Shown here piece after piece: positions 9,093-18,163 of a stretch of DNA of 64,000 nucleotides (its first letter is position 1; each line of letters opens with the position of its first letter). The notes below the pieces were generated by a model, which had not been told where the DNA came from, did not search any database, and saw only the letters and a list, made by a program, of their open reading frames with translations. The DNA is taken from IMG/VR virus record IMGVR_UViG_3300028888_000002; one strand, given 5' to 3'. The stretch is from a virus. Its lineage: Duplodnaviria; Caudoviricetes. Both the position numbers and the translations under genes were made by a program.

Positions 9093-9677
9093 ATGCCACG
9101 CAATCTTGACGACATAAATTTTCTCAAAGACAGGCATTCCCTTAATGTGATTACCCGTCTAGCCGACACGCAGGTGTATGTCGCCTTGAAGCATAGTATC
9201 ACGATTGTAGGCTACAACGCAGAAGTTTACCTGCCCGTGATTTCCGAGGGCACGGAAAACTTCCCGATTGTGGACCGTGGGGACAGTTCCATTTACAGCG
9301 GTATGCCCCTGGATGGTGCCTACAACCAGGAAGACAGGACGGGTTCCGTGTATAACGAAAAGGACCACGAATACCGTTACAAGACCGAACCCGATTTTAT
9401 CGCCCGCATAGCATTCCTGGACCCGCAGGAACAGCCTGTAATCCGTGGCGAAGAAATGTTCCTGGACGAAGAAAACACGGCATACACGCTCAAAAACACT
9501 AGCGGTCACAGAAACTATTGCCCAGGCGATATTGTGTTGCATTCCAAACTACTTGTGCATTACGGTGACGAGGACTTGTCGTATTTTGTCAAGAACATTA
9601 GGACGCTCCGCAACCCGAACGCCAAAAAAGAGAGCGAAGAATCGCTCATTTACCTGGACCTTGTGTTGCACGTCTAG
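9093..9677 (+). CDS. Hypothetical protein, possibly head-completion/neck (gp14-like)
   Basis: 194-aa beta-rich ORF with AAGGA RBS; function is inference. Confidence 0.45.
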   Translation: MPRNLDDINFLKDRHSLNVITRLADTQVYVALKHSITIVGYNAEVYLPVISEGTENFPIVDRGDSSIYSGMPLDGAYNQEDRTGSVYNEKDHEYRYKTEPDFIARIAFLDPQEQPVIRGEEMFLDEENTAYTLKNTSGHRNYCPGDIVLHSKLLVHYGDEDLSYFVKNIRTLRNPNAKKESEESLIYLDLVLHV

Positions 9678-9726
9678 CGTCAAATTGTTATTTTAGGTTT
9701 TGTATAACCATAAGCAGAGGTTGAAT

Positions 9727-10134
9727 ATGTCTTTACAGGATATAGCTAACAGAGCAAAAAGCAAACAGAACACTACTCTTTTGGAAGACATTATCTGTAG
9801 TGCTTCGGAAAAGTTGAATGACGCTTTCAGCGGTTTGGAAGACCTGCTTGACGAAGACGCTAGTGACAGCGTGTGGGCTACGCTTGACAAGTTGCCCGAC
9901 GGTCCTGTAAAGCAGGAACTTGAAGAACAGGTTGGTCGCCTTTACAAGCTAGTCAATGGCGAACTTAAAGAAGCCGACGACGACCTGTCCGCTATCGCTG
10001 AAGAAGTCAGTTGGGACAGTAACAGCGTTGACACCTGGAAAGACGTTGTTATGGCTGCACTTCCCGCAGGTGCGTCGGCTTCTATGGCTAACGACGTGGA
10101 AGCAGCCCTTGAAAACATTAAGAGCGTTTACTAA
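9727..10134 (+). CDS. Acidic helical hypothetical protein
   Basis: Start trimmed to MSLQDIA after GAGG. Confidence 0.65.
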   Translation: MSLQDIANRAKSKQNTTLLEDIICSASEKLNDAFSGLEDLLDEDASDSVWATLDKLPDGPVKQELEEQVGRLYKLVNGELKEADDDLSAIAEEVSWDSNSVDTWKDVVMAALPAGASASMANDVEAALENIKSVY

Positions 10135-10151
10135 TCAGTGAGGACACCACT

Positions 10152-11435
10152 ATGGGTTTCAAAATCAAAGTAAAGGAAGGAAACGGCTACGCAGGTGGTA
10201 AGGGCTTTCCGAAGAAAAACGGAACGTATATCATTACTGTAAAGGACCTTAAACCAGGACTTCACAAAGGTCCATATTCTGTTAAGGCACGTTGGTCCAA
10301 CTACGCTATGGATTGGGTTCTTGAAGACCTGGACGAAATCCCGCATTTGGACAGCTCCGTAATGGTTATTGACTACAAGCCGTTCAACCAGGAAGAATAT
10401 GACCGCCTGCGTGAACAGGAACAAATCCGTGACCTCGGTTCCGTCCGCAGAAAAGAACCGTTTGACATTCCCGTGGCAAAGGCGTTCCGTGGGGAATCTT
10501 TCTACTCCCAGGGCAACCGTGACGGTCGCAAGTATGCCCCGATGAAGACCCAGGAATCGTTCCCGAACCGTGCAGCGTTCCTGTCTTACAAGAAAGGCTA
10601 CAACGAAGCCCTTGACGGCATTTACGAAGAAACGGGCGACCCCGACTTTGACAAGGAAGTTAAGGACCTTAAATCAAAGCCTGGTATGGACAGCCTTGTT
10701 TCCGCTTTGGACGGCTTGACCGACGAACAGCTTGCCTTGCTTGAAAAGGGCTTTGGCGACGGTGAATATGCCGAAAAAATGAACACTGCCGTAATGGATA
10801 TTAAGGCAAAGGACCTGCACCCGACGCAGAACGAAATTGACGTTGGCAAGTCCCTGTCTTACCAAATCAGCGGTAAGAACCCCGACCAGGTTAAGCAAAT
10901 CCTTGATGGCGGTCCTGTCACCATTAACTTGCCGTTGGTCGTCTATGACTACAACGGAACGTATTACATAGTGGACGGGCACCACCGTTGGTCCCAGGTG
11001 TTCTTGCTCAACCCGAACTGCCAAATCAACAGTATCGTTTTCAAAAATTCCGCAGGCGACACCGCCCAGGACCCCGCAGATATGCTGCGTGACTTCCAGG
11101 GTGCTATCGCTATCGCAAACGACGGTGAAGTTCCGCAAAGCACCGTCAAGCCTGGAATGAATATGTTTGATTGGTCGTCCGACCAACTCCGTGACTACCT
11201 GGAAGAAAATATCCAGGACGGTATGATTTCCGCTTACCAGGATTTCTACAACTCCGAAATTGACAAGGAAGACATTGAAAATTCTGTTGTCAGTAACGCA
11301 GGCTTGATGAAGAAATCCAATAAGCCTATCAATAACGCCCCTAGCCGTGCTGTTATGCCACAGACCGACACGGGCGTTGACAAGACGGGCGTTGCGGGTC
11401 TTGAAATCGCAAAGAAGGGTATGACCGACCTTTAA
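10152..11435 (+). CDS. Polyprotein with C-terminal ParB/sulfiredoxin-like domain
   Basis: MGFKIKVKE tag; LHPTQNEI and YIVDGHHRW ParB/Srx-type motifs. Confidence 0.75.
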   Translation: MGFKIKVKEGNGYAGGKGFPKKNGTYIITVKDLKPGLHKGPYSVKARWSNYAMDWVLEDLDEIPHLDSSVMVIDYKPFNQEEYDRLREQEQIRDLGSVRRKEPFDIPVAKAFRGESFYSQGNRDGRKYAPMKTQESFPNRAAFLSYKKGYNEALDGIYEETGDPDFDKEVKDLKSKPGMDSLVSALDGLTDEQLALLEKGFGDGEYAEKMNTAVMDIKAKDLHPTQNEIDVGKSLSYQISGKNPDQVKQILDGGPVTINLPLVVYDYNGTYYIVDGHHRWSQVFLLNPNCQINSIVFKNSAGDTAQDPADMLRDFQGAIAIANDGEVPQSTVKPGMNMFDWSSDQLRDYLEENIQDGMISAYQDFYNSEIDKEDIENSVVSNAGLMKKSNKPINNAPSRAVMPQTDTGVDKTGVAGLEIAKKGMTDL

Positions 11436-11448
11436 TGGAGCGTGTGAT

Positions 11449-12525
11449 ATGAACCAACTTGAACAGCTTGAAGTTTATCTTAAACACCTGGGTCGTCCCT
11501 ATGTGATTAAGAACGCTGACCCGAAAGCGTTCAACAAAATCCCCTATACCGACGAAAACGGCAAGGACAACGAAGTTGAATACACAAAGGTCGTCACGAT
11601 TGACAGCCCCGAATCCGTAAAGGATTATTACCCGAAGATTGACCTGTGGTATATCCCGTCTTTGGATAAATTCGTAGAACACGGAAGTGCTACGGATGGT
11701 GAAACCAACGCACTGCAAGCAGACACCGCAAGGGACATCCTGGACTATATCGGGTATGTCTATTGGGAAATGGAAGACCTGGGCGACCAACTTGACAACT
11801 CCACCAAAAACACCGAAAAACGTTTTAGCAATTCCAAAAAGGAAAGCAGTATGAAAACCTACGAATGCTCTATGCAGAAGAAAATTGAAAGCCTCGCCAA
11901 AAAGCGTTCCGAAAAGCGGACCGTGACGAAAAGCTACGACGTTTACAAATACGACGAACTTTCCGACGACGCAAAGGCAAAGGTCAAGGATTTGTTCTTG
12001 CAGTGGCGTGGCGAAGACGGTGACATTTTCAAGGAAGACTGCGAAAACAGCCTTGCAGAAATGTTCCCGAACTCCGATTTGAAAGTGCAGTATTCCTTGA
12101 CCTACTCCCAGGGCGACGGCTTCAACACCTACGGCACCTTGAACATCAAGGACCTGCTCAACGCAGATTTAAGCAAATACCCGCTCAACGATTCGGGCAT
12201 TACCGCACCTGCAAACAAGGACGCTATCCTTGCTGCTTGCGACAAGGCTGACGTTTACGACATTGACCTTGAAGAAAACCGTCGCTACGGCTATTCTTTG
12301 GCTGACCGCCTGGAAGTCGTCCCGAACAACGACGAAGACCTCACCGACGAAGACACCGCCCTGTTGAGCGACCTTGAAAACTTTGCCCGTGAAGTAATGG
12401 AAGCAATCAATAGCAAGTTTGAAAAGAACGGCTATGACTACTTCTACGAAATGAGCGAAGAAGATGTCCGTGATATGGCAGACGCAAACGACTACGAATT
12501 TACCGAAGACGGTGAATTAGCCTAA
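11449..12525 (+). CDS. Polyprotein with a widespread phage/plasmid acidic C-terminal domain
   Basis: Linker SKKESS-MKTYE...KIESLAKKRSE; domain VYKYDELSDDAK...SQGDG...ANDYEFTEDG. Confidence 0.75.
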   Translation: MNQLEQLEVYLKHLGRPYVIKNADPKAFNKIPYTDENGKDNEVEYTKVVTIDSPESVKDYYPKIDLWYIPSLDKFVEHGSATDGETNALQADTARDILDYIGYVYWEMEDLGDQLDNSTKNTEKRFSNSKKESSMKTYECSMQKKIESLAKKRSEKRTVTKSYDVYKYDELSDDAKAKVKDLFLQWRGEDGDIFKEDCENSLAEMFPNSDLKVQYSLTYSQGDGFNTYGTLNIKDLLNADLSKYPLNDSGITAPANKDAILAACDKADVYDIDLEENRRYGYSLADRLEVVPNNDEDLTDEDTALLSDLENFAREVMEAINSKFEKNGYDYFYEMSEEDVRDMADANDYEFTEDGELA

Positions 12526-12535
12526 CAGGTGAGAA

Positions 12536-13558
12536 ATGCCACACAAAGCGTTCCTTAAAAAGAAGTCACTTCTTGACAGGTTCAAGGACGACCACGAACG
12601 GACGGGCTTCATACAGTCTGCCCGTGCGAAGCATACCTGGAACAATCCGCTTACCAGGCGTAAGCGGACAAAGGAACTCAACGGGTGGATTAAGTCGTTC
12701 GCAGGCAAGAACCATATACGCAAGCTGTCCAGGTTCAACGCACAGCAAGCGGGGCGGTATGAATCCTTGCAGGTAGCTCACCCCGACGTGGAGTTTGACT
12801 GCCTGCGTTATGCCGACACGCTTGAACTGCCGAACGGTGTATGCGTGAAAGTCTATCCGACAATCCGCTGCCCCCGCAGGTGTGCGTTTGTTTTCCGTGT
12901 AATGGGCTTCGGTGAAGTGGACCCCGACGTGAACAAGAATGCGGGAAAACTTAACTATGCCATACACGGGTATTACCCCGTATATGGTCTTGAACGCCAA
13001 CCGTCCGAGGAATTTGACATTTACTGCGACGACGTTAGCGAACTACAAAAATGGTCCAACTGCAACGGTTGGGGTATGGGTGTAGGTCCGTCGGCTTCTT
13101 CTATGGAAGTTGCCAGGGAAGTCGCAAAGGGCAAAGAAACTATGAAGAACGAAAAGGCTATACCCATAAACTTCAATCTGTGCTACACGTTTGACCTTGA
13201 CGACGAACTTGCTAAAAAGTTTACCGACGGTGCCAAAGGCAATAACAAAATATCCGTCCAACAGAACGACGGATATACCGACGTTTTCTTTGATAAACTA
13301 GACGACCTCGTTGACTTCCTGGACGAAGTTGCAGTTGGGGCAGATAGTGACAAGGTTGACAATTCGTTCCGTTATGCAGTCTTGAATTGCAAACGCAGCA
13401 GGATTGACCCTGCCGACTTACAGCCGTGTGCCGACAAGTATGGCGTAAAAACAAAGATTGAAAAGTCTATGAACCAAAACGGTTTACCCGAATACGAAGT
13501 CACGCTATATAAGGACTTTGAAGACGTGTCCGCAACGCTTGTGGACTTTGGATTTTAA
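12536..13558 (+). CDS. Multi-domain protein with basic N-terminus (possibly prohead core/internal)
   Basis: Arg/Lys-rich N-terminus ending GRYES, second junction TMKNE. Confidence 0.65.
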   Translation: MPHKAFLKKKSLLDRFKDDHERTGFIQSARAKHTWNNPLTRRKRTKELNGWIKSFAGKNHIRKLSRFNAQQAGRYESLQVAHPDVEFDCLRYADTLELPNGVCVKVYPTIRCPRRCAFVFRVMGFGEVDPDVNKNAGKLNYAIHGYYPVYGLERQPSEEFDIYCDDVSELQKWSNCNGWGMGVGPSASSMEVAREVAKGKETMKNEKAIPINFNLCYTFDLDDELAKKFTDGAKGNNKISVQQNDGYTDVFFDKLDDLVDFLDEVAVGADSDKVDNSFRYAVLNCKRSRIDPADLQPCADKYGVKTKIEKSMNQNGLPEYEVTLYKDFEDVSATLVDFGF

Positions 13559-13570
13559 CGGAGGCTATCT

Positions 13571-15361
13571 ATGGCTAAAATTACTGTAAACAGAAAAGTT
13601 TTTAAGGGCTTTAGCTCCGAAAGCAAAAACGAAACAAAGTTTGACCCGTCGCAATATGACTATTTCAAGGCAAGCTACACGCTTGACGGCACCAACCGTG
13701 TAAAGAACACCAACGGTATCGTTGACGCACAGGGAACGCTTGAAATGGCACAGCGACACGGTGCAACCAACCTTAAATTGGTAGGTGTCAAGGACGGCAC
13801 CGAAACCGATATTCCGTTGAGCGACGTAGGTATTTCCGAAAGCAAGGACGAAGCTATGTCCTTGAAAGGTTTCCTTGAAACCCTGGAAGAAAAACTTGTA
13901 AAGCAGTTTGACCTTGACGAAGAAGAAGTGAAGAATTACCTGGACACTCACACCCAGGAAATGCAGGAACTTTTGGACGACAAGGAATTGTCCCTCAAGG
14001 AAAAGGTGCTTTTCGTGCGTAGCGAAATCACGGGCGAAAAGGACGAAGCCAAAGAACCCGCAGAAGAAAAGTTGGGCTACGAAAAGGGACATAAAAACAG
14101 CAAAGGCGAAAACGCTCCGTGGGTAATTCGCAGCCACGAAGACAACCGCATTCTTGCGTCGTTCGCAAAGAAAACAGACGCAGAGGAACATTTGAAGCGT
14201 ATGAAACAGTATAGCAAACAGGAAAGTATGTCCGCTGACGAACTTGACAAGTATATCAAGGACGTAAAGTCCTTGCTCAAATCCAAGTATGGTATGGACT
14301 TCAACGACAAGGACACCTGCCGTCTTAACGTCGGTTGGTTGGAAAAGTTGGACGCTATGTTCTACCAGGGCAAACCCGTTGAAGACGGTGCAAAGGAAGT
14401 CGCAGCATTCTGTGGCTACAACAAGAACGAATCCAAGCAGTCCGAAGCGAACGGACCTTTTGACGCACCTATCAAGGATTGGTATATGGGTGCATACAAG
14501 GAAGACGACCTGGGCGACAGGCTCAACGGAACGTTCAAGGGTGCCCTCCAAACCTTGATGCGTGGCGACGACATTTACGACTACATTGGTGTAGGCGACT
14601 CCCTTATTCGTGAACGCCTGTTTAGCAAACTTGCGGAAATGCTTGACGTTGACTACGACGAAATCTACAACGTGTGGCTTAACGAGGGTGCTGCAAGCAA
14701 CGAACTGACTGCCAAAATTAACAAGATTGGCATAAAGCGAACAAGGACTATCCCGCCCACTATCAAGGACAAGGTGAACAAACTAGGTAGGGGCGTATTA
14801 CCACCGAAAATCGTAAAGGTTACGGGCGAATCCAAGAAATCCGAACGCCTGTTCAATAAAGCCGAAATGGAAAAAATCGCATTGTCCGAAGCGTCTAGCC
14901 TAGACAACTATCGCAAAGACGTTATTTCCGAACTTGCGGTGTCGTTCCATTATGGTGAAGACGGGGCAACCAAACTAGCCAACAAATACAGTGATACTAT
15001 AAACGACGCTTACGTTGAAGGCGAATCGCTCCCGTATGAAACGGCAAGGCTAATCGCCCGTCAAGACGGAAACGGCTACGCCAACGAAAGCAAGAAACAG
15101 GAATCCCGTAAGTCCGAAGTTCGCCTGGAACTCATTGACACAATCGTGGTCCCGAAGTGGCTGTGGGAAGCATACAACTTCGGAAACGAATACGGTGAAG
15201 ACCTGGACGACCACGAACAGAACATTCTTTCGGAGTTCAAGGAAAAGTATGCCGATTGCCACCTTGACGACGAAGACGAAGAATCCTACTTCAGCAGCTA
15301 TAACGACTTTGACAGTTATGGCGGTCAGTGCTACACCGTAAAGGTGTATAAGGAAAAGTGA
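13571..15361 (+). CDS. Large acidic polyprotein, about 7 modules separated by ESK-x-SE linkers
   Basis: Linkers at 13616, 13835, about 14213, 14426, 14825 and 15083; one module (IKDWY...GVGDSLIRERLF) resembles polyvalent-protein domains. Confidence 0.85.
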   Translation: MAKITVNRKVFKGFSSESKNETKFDPSQYDYFKASYTLDGTNRVKNTNGIVDAQGTLEMAQRHGATNLKLVGVKDGTETDIPLSDVGISESKDEAMSLKGFLETLEEKLVKQFDLDEEEVKNYLDTHTQEMQELLDDKELSLKEKVLFVRSEITGEKDEAKEPAEEKLGYEKGHKNSKGENAPWVIRSHEDNRILASFAKKTDAEEHLKRMKQYSKQESMSADELDKYIKDVKSLLKSKYGMDFNDKDTCRLNVGWLEKLDAMFYQGKPVEDGAKEVAAFCGYNKNESKQSEANGPFDAPIKDWYMGAYKEDDLGDRLNGTFKGALQTLMRGDDIYDYIGVGDSLIRERLFSKLAEMLDVDYDEIYNVWLNEGAASNELTAKINKIGIKRTRTIPPTIKDKVNKLGRGVLPPKIVKVTGESKKSERLFNKAEMEKIALSEASSLDNYRKDVISELAVSFHYGEDGATKLANKYSDTINDAYVEGESLPYETARLIARQDGNGYANESKKQESRKSEVRLELIDTIVVPKWLWEAYNFGNEYGEDLDDHEQNILSEFKEKYADCHLDDEDEESYFSSYNDFDSYGGQCYTVKVYKEK

Positions 15362-15383
15362 TTCTCTTGTTGAGAAGCATAGT

Positions 15384-15414
15384 GAGGCTCCCGTCCGAAA
15401 GGGCGGGTGCCTTT
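15384..15414 (+). terminator. Intrinsic terminator
   Basis: GGCTCCCGTCC-GAAA-GGGCGGGTGCC followed by TTT. Confidence 0.65.
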
Positions 15415-15447
15415 GCTATTGACCGTTCACGGATAATTTGTTAGATT

Positions 15448-15870
15448 ATGGGTATGGAAAATCAGCCTGCTACCATTTCACAAAACGAGCTAGACCAAAT
15501 AAAGTCCCGCCTAAACCGTAAAATGCTAAACATTACGGAGTATTCCATAGACGGTATGGAAGCCCTGTTGCATTCTATGGACGATATTGACAACGCTATC
15601 TTCGGGAAAGTGAACCTGGACGAAGCGTCGGTCCGTGAACTCATAGACCTGTCAAAGCAGCGTAACGAATCGTTTAGGGTTCGCCTGGACTTTATGAAAG
15701 CCCTATCGGGTCACACGGTAGATACTTCCAACGTGGAAGTTGAGAAGCCCGCAGAAAAGATTGACACGACGGTTATTTCCGAAGACGACGCAGAACGAAT
15801 CAAGGCTGAAATCCTAAAACGAAACGGCAACGCCCCGCCCAACGTGCAGGACGCAGTGATAGTCAAGTAA
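15448..15870 (+). CDS. Hypothetical protein, candidate terminase small subunit
   Basis: 140-aa helical protein; TerS role inferred from size and helix pattern only. Confidence 0.4.
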   Translation: MGMENQPATISQNELDQIKSRLNRKMLNITEYSIDGMEALLHSMDDIDNAIFGKVNLDEASVRELIDLSKQRNESFRVRLDFMKALSGHTVDTSNVEVEKPAEKIDTTVISEDDAERIKAEILKRNGNAPPNVQDAVIVK

Positions 15871-15887
15871 TAAAAATCGTAAGAAAT

Positions 15888-15960
15888 TATTTTAACAATA
15901 CCTGTTGACATTCAGCAGGTATTTTATTATATTGTAGGTGTAACCACAACCGAGGATAGC
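15888..15960 (+). promoter_or_regulatory. Terminator-promoter-leader cassette
   Basis: TTGACA 15905-10, 17 nt, TATATT 15928-33; hairpin 15897-15908/15912-15923; leader AACCACAACCGAGGATAGC. Confidence 0.8.
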
Positions 15961-15964
15961 CCCA

Positions 15965-16816
15965 ATGGAACTCAAAAGAACCTACATTCGCACAGACAAG
16001 AACGGCACAAAGCACTACGACGTGACATACCGCTGCGAGTGGTGCAGGGGCACGGGCATTCGCCCACAGTATATGCACGTTTTCGGGGGTGTATGCTTCT
16101 ACTGTGACGGTTCGGGCTTCCATACCCGTGAAGTCAAGGAATACACGGAAGAATACGCAGCAAAGTTGGAAGCGAAGCGTAAGGCAAAGCAGGAAGCCAG
16201 GGAAGCCGAAGAACAAGCTATCCGTGATGCCTGGAACCCGCTTGATGAAGTCAAGAAGCAGGGCTTTGACGCAGTTATGGGCATTGTCGTGGACGCAAAG
16301 ACGGGCAAGCCCGTGGAACGCCACGAAAAGGGCAGCAGTTGGCTCTATTTCACGGCAAAGTGCAAGAACATTTGGAACCTGTATTTCACGGACCTGGACA
16401 ACCCCGTTATCGCAGAAGACAAGAACTACCAGGTCGTGCCGATGCCCTGGAACGAAGTGTTCGTCCCGAACTACACCGCTATGACATTGCAGTGGAACGA
16501 AAATATAATGCAGACGTTCCTGGACAACCACTACTACGGCTACCCGAAGTGCCCCAAAAGCGACGCTGTGGGCAAGGTTGGCGAACGCTTGACCGTTGAT
16601 GCCACCATCAAGGAAATCAAGTCCTACGACACGTTCTACGGCACCAAATACTTCTACACGTTCCAGGACCGCAACTTCAACCTGCTCCGTTGGGAAACGA
16701 GCAAGGACCTGGAAATGGAAGTCGGGACCGCTGTAAAGCTGACGGGGACCGTCACGAAGCACGACTCCGACGGTTTCGGCTCTTACACCAACCTTAACCG
16801 CTGCAAGGTCGCATAA
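15965..16816 (+). CDS. Early protein with CxxCxGxG Zn finger and C-terminal OB-fold-like domain
   Basis: CEWCRGTG...CFYCDGSG; VGKVGER...GTVTKH...TNLNRCKV. Confidence 0.8.
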   Translation: MELKRTYIRTDKNGTKHYDVTYRCEWCRGTGIRPQYMHVFGGVCFYCDGSGFHTREVKEYTEEYAAKLEAKRKAKQEAREAEEQAIRDAWNPLDEVKKQGFDAVMGIVVDAKTGKPVERHEKGSSWLYFTAKCKNIWNLYFTDLDNPVIAEDKNYQVVPMPWNEVFVPNYTAMTLQWNENIMQTFLDNHYYGYPKCPKSDAVGKVGERLTVDATIKEIKSYDTFYGTKYFYTFQDRNFNLLRWETSKDLEMEVGTAVKLTGTVTKHDSDGFGSYTNLNRCKVA

Positions 16817-16849
16817 CATATTTGTAACAATATAGTAAGGAACAGAACA

Positions 16850-17170
16850 ATGAGAAGTCTTGAAGAATGTATCACAAAGTTGGCTTACAGCGGTTGCCCC
16901 TGGAAACCCGAAAATATCGCCAACGTCCAGGTCCATACAATATATGGTGGCGACTCCGAAGTTGACCCCGAAGATATGGGGTTCCACCCGAACGGGGGCT
17001 GCGGTTGCGTAACCCTGGGCGACGAGGAAATTTTCGGAATCCGCTGCGACCACCTTATGTGGTTGACGGGGGACCACGAATACCTGGGTGACGGCAAGGA
17101 CGGTGTTCTGCTGCTAGGGAACCACAAGGGGACGCTGTTTATCAAATACCTGTGCGAAGAAACCCCCTAA
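16850..17170 (+). CDS. Hypothetical protein
   Basis: 106-aa ORF with AAGGA RBS. Confidence 0.65.
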   Translation: MRSLEECITKLAYSGCPWKPENIANVQVHTIYGGDSEVDPEDMGFHPNGGCGCVTLGDEEIFGIRCDHLMWLTGDHEYLGDGKDGVLLLGNHKGTLFIKYLCEETP

Positions 17171-17215
17171 AGCCAAATTGGAGCCTAGTTGCTATATTAC
17201 TCTTACACGTGATTC

Positions 17216-17291
17216 GTCGGTGCTGCCGTCTAACGCATCAGTCCTAGCGGAAGACGGCAGTCACCGACACCTTGAAGTTTTATAGGACTGA
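17216..17291 (+). promoter_or_regulatory. Structured 5' leader; predicted pseudoknot sequestering the RBS
   Basis: Stem 17216-17231/17252-17268; loop TCAGTCCTA (17238-46) is the perfect complement of TAGGACTGA (17283-91), which contains the AGGA SD. Confidence 0.7.
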
Positions 17292-17296
17292 CCCCA

Positions 17297-18163
17297 ATGA
17301 CCGAACCTACAACCACGAACCGAACAACTAGAAAAGGTTACGACCCTACCGAAGAATGGCTATCAGTTGCAGAATCCCTTGAAGTTTACCTAGAAGAAGC
17401 AGCACAGCCATCCGCCCGATACGAATACAAGCCCGACGGCATTAAGCGAATACCATTCACGAACAAGCAGTGGATTAGCTTCACGGGGACAGAAACACCC
17501 CCAGGTTCGGGTTTGGTGTGGCTGAAACCTGGGAACCATTACAGGGCAAAGGACAGGCTAATCCACGTAATACCCTACAAGTATTACAGGGGCTTTGAAT
17601 GGCGAATTATTTGGTGTATGGTCCGTAACACCCTGCTTTGCAAGCAGTTAGCGTCCGTGTATGTCCGTCTTGAAGCCGTAAAGGACACAATCGCCTTCTA
17701 CCTTAAAGACTACACGGACTGCCCCCTAAACCTCATTGAGCGGGTATCAAGTGCAATCGGGTTTACGGCTATGACTATAATAGACTCCCATTCGGAATGC
17801 ACAGCCGAAGACCTGGCAGGCATTGAAAGCAAGTATGCGACTACAAGGGGAGCGGTTGACTATGAATGCCGTCAAGACCTGTGGAAAATGCTTAAAAACC
17901 ACGGAATTGGGTCATTGAGAACCCGAAAGCAACAGGAAGCATTGATTGACAAGGTTCTAACCCTCCCGAAATTCGCCCATTTGAGCAACAACACGAAGAC
18001 ATCGCTTCTGTTTAGATTAAGGCGAAACCACCTGCTGAAACCCGACACCGACAAGATTAAAGACAGGGTTTCGGATATAAAACTGAAACAATTAAGCAAT
18101 ATACCGCTTACAGCCTCGGACCGCCAATACGTCCACCGACACAAGGATTTATTCATTATTTAA
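17297..18163 (+). CDS. Hypothetical DNA-binding protein, candidate replication initiator
   Basis: 288 aa, basic helical C-terminus; lies immediately upstream of a hairpin-rich non-coding region. Confidence 0.6.
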   Translation: MTEPTTTNRTTRKGYDPTEEWLSVAESLEVYLEEAAQPSARYEYKPDGIKRIPFTNKQWISFTGTETPPGSGLVWLKPGNHYRAKDRLIHVIPYKYYRGFEWRIIWCMVRNTLLCKQLASVYVRLEAVKDTIAFYLKDYTDCPLNLIERVSSAIGFTAMTIIDSHSECTAEDLAGIESKYATTRGAVDYECRQDLWKMLKNHGIGSLRTRKQQEALIDKVLTLPKFAHLSNNTKTSLLFRLRRNHLLKPDTDKIKDRVSDIKLKQLSNIPLTASDRQYVHRHKDLFII

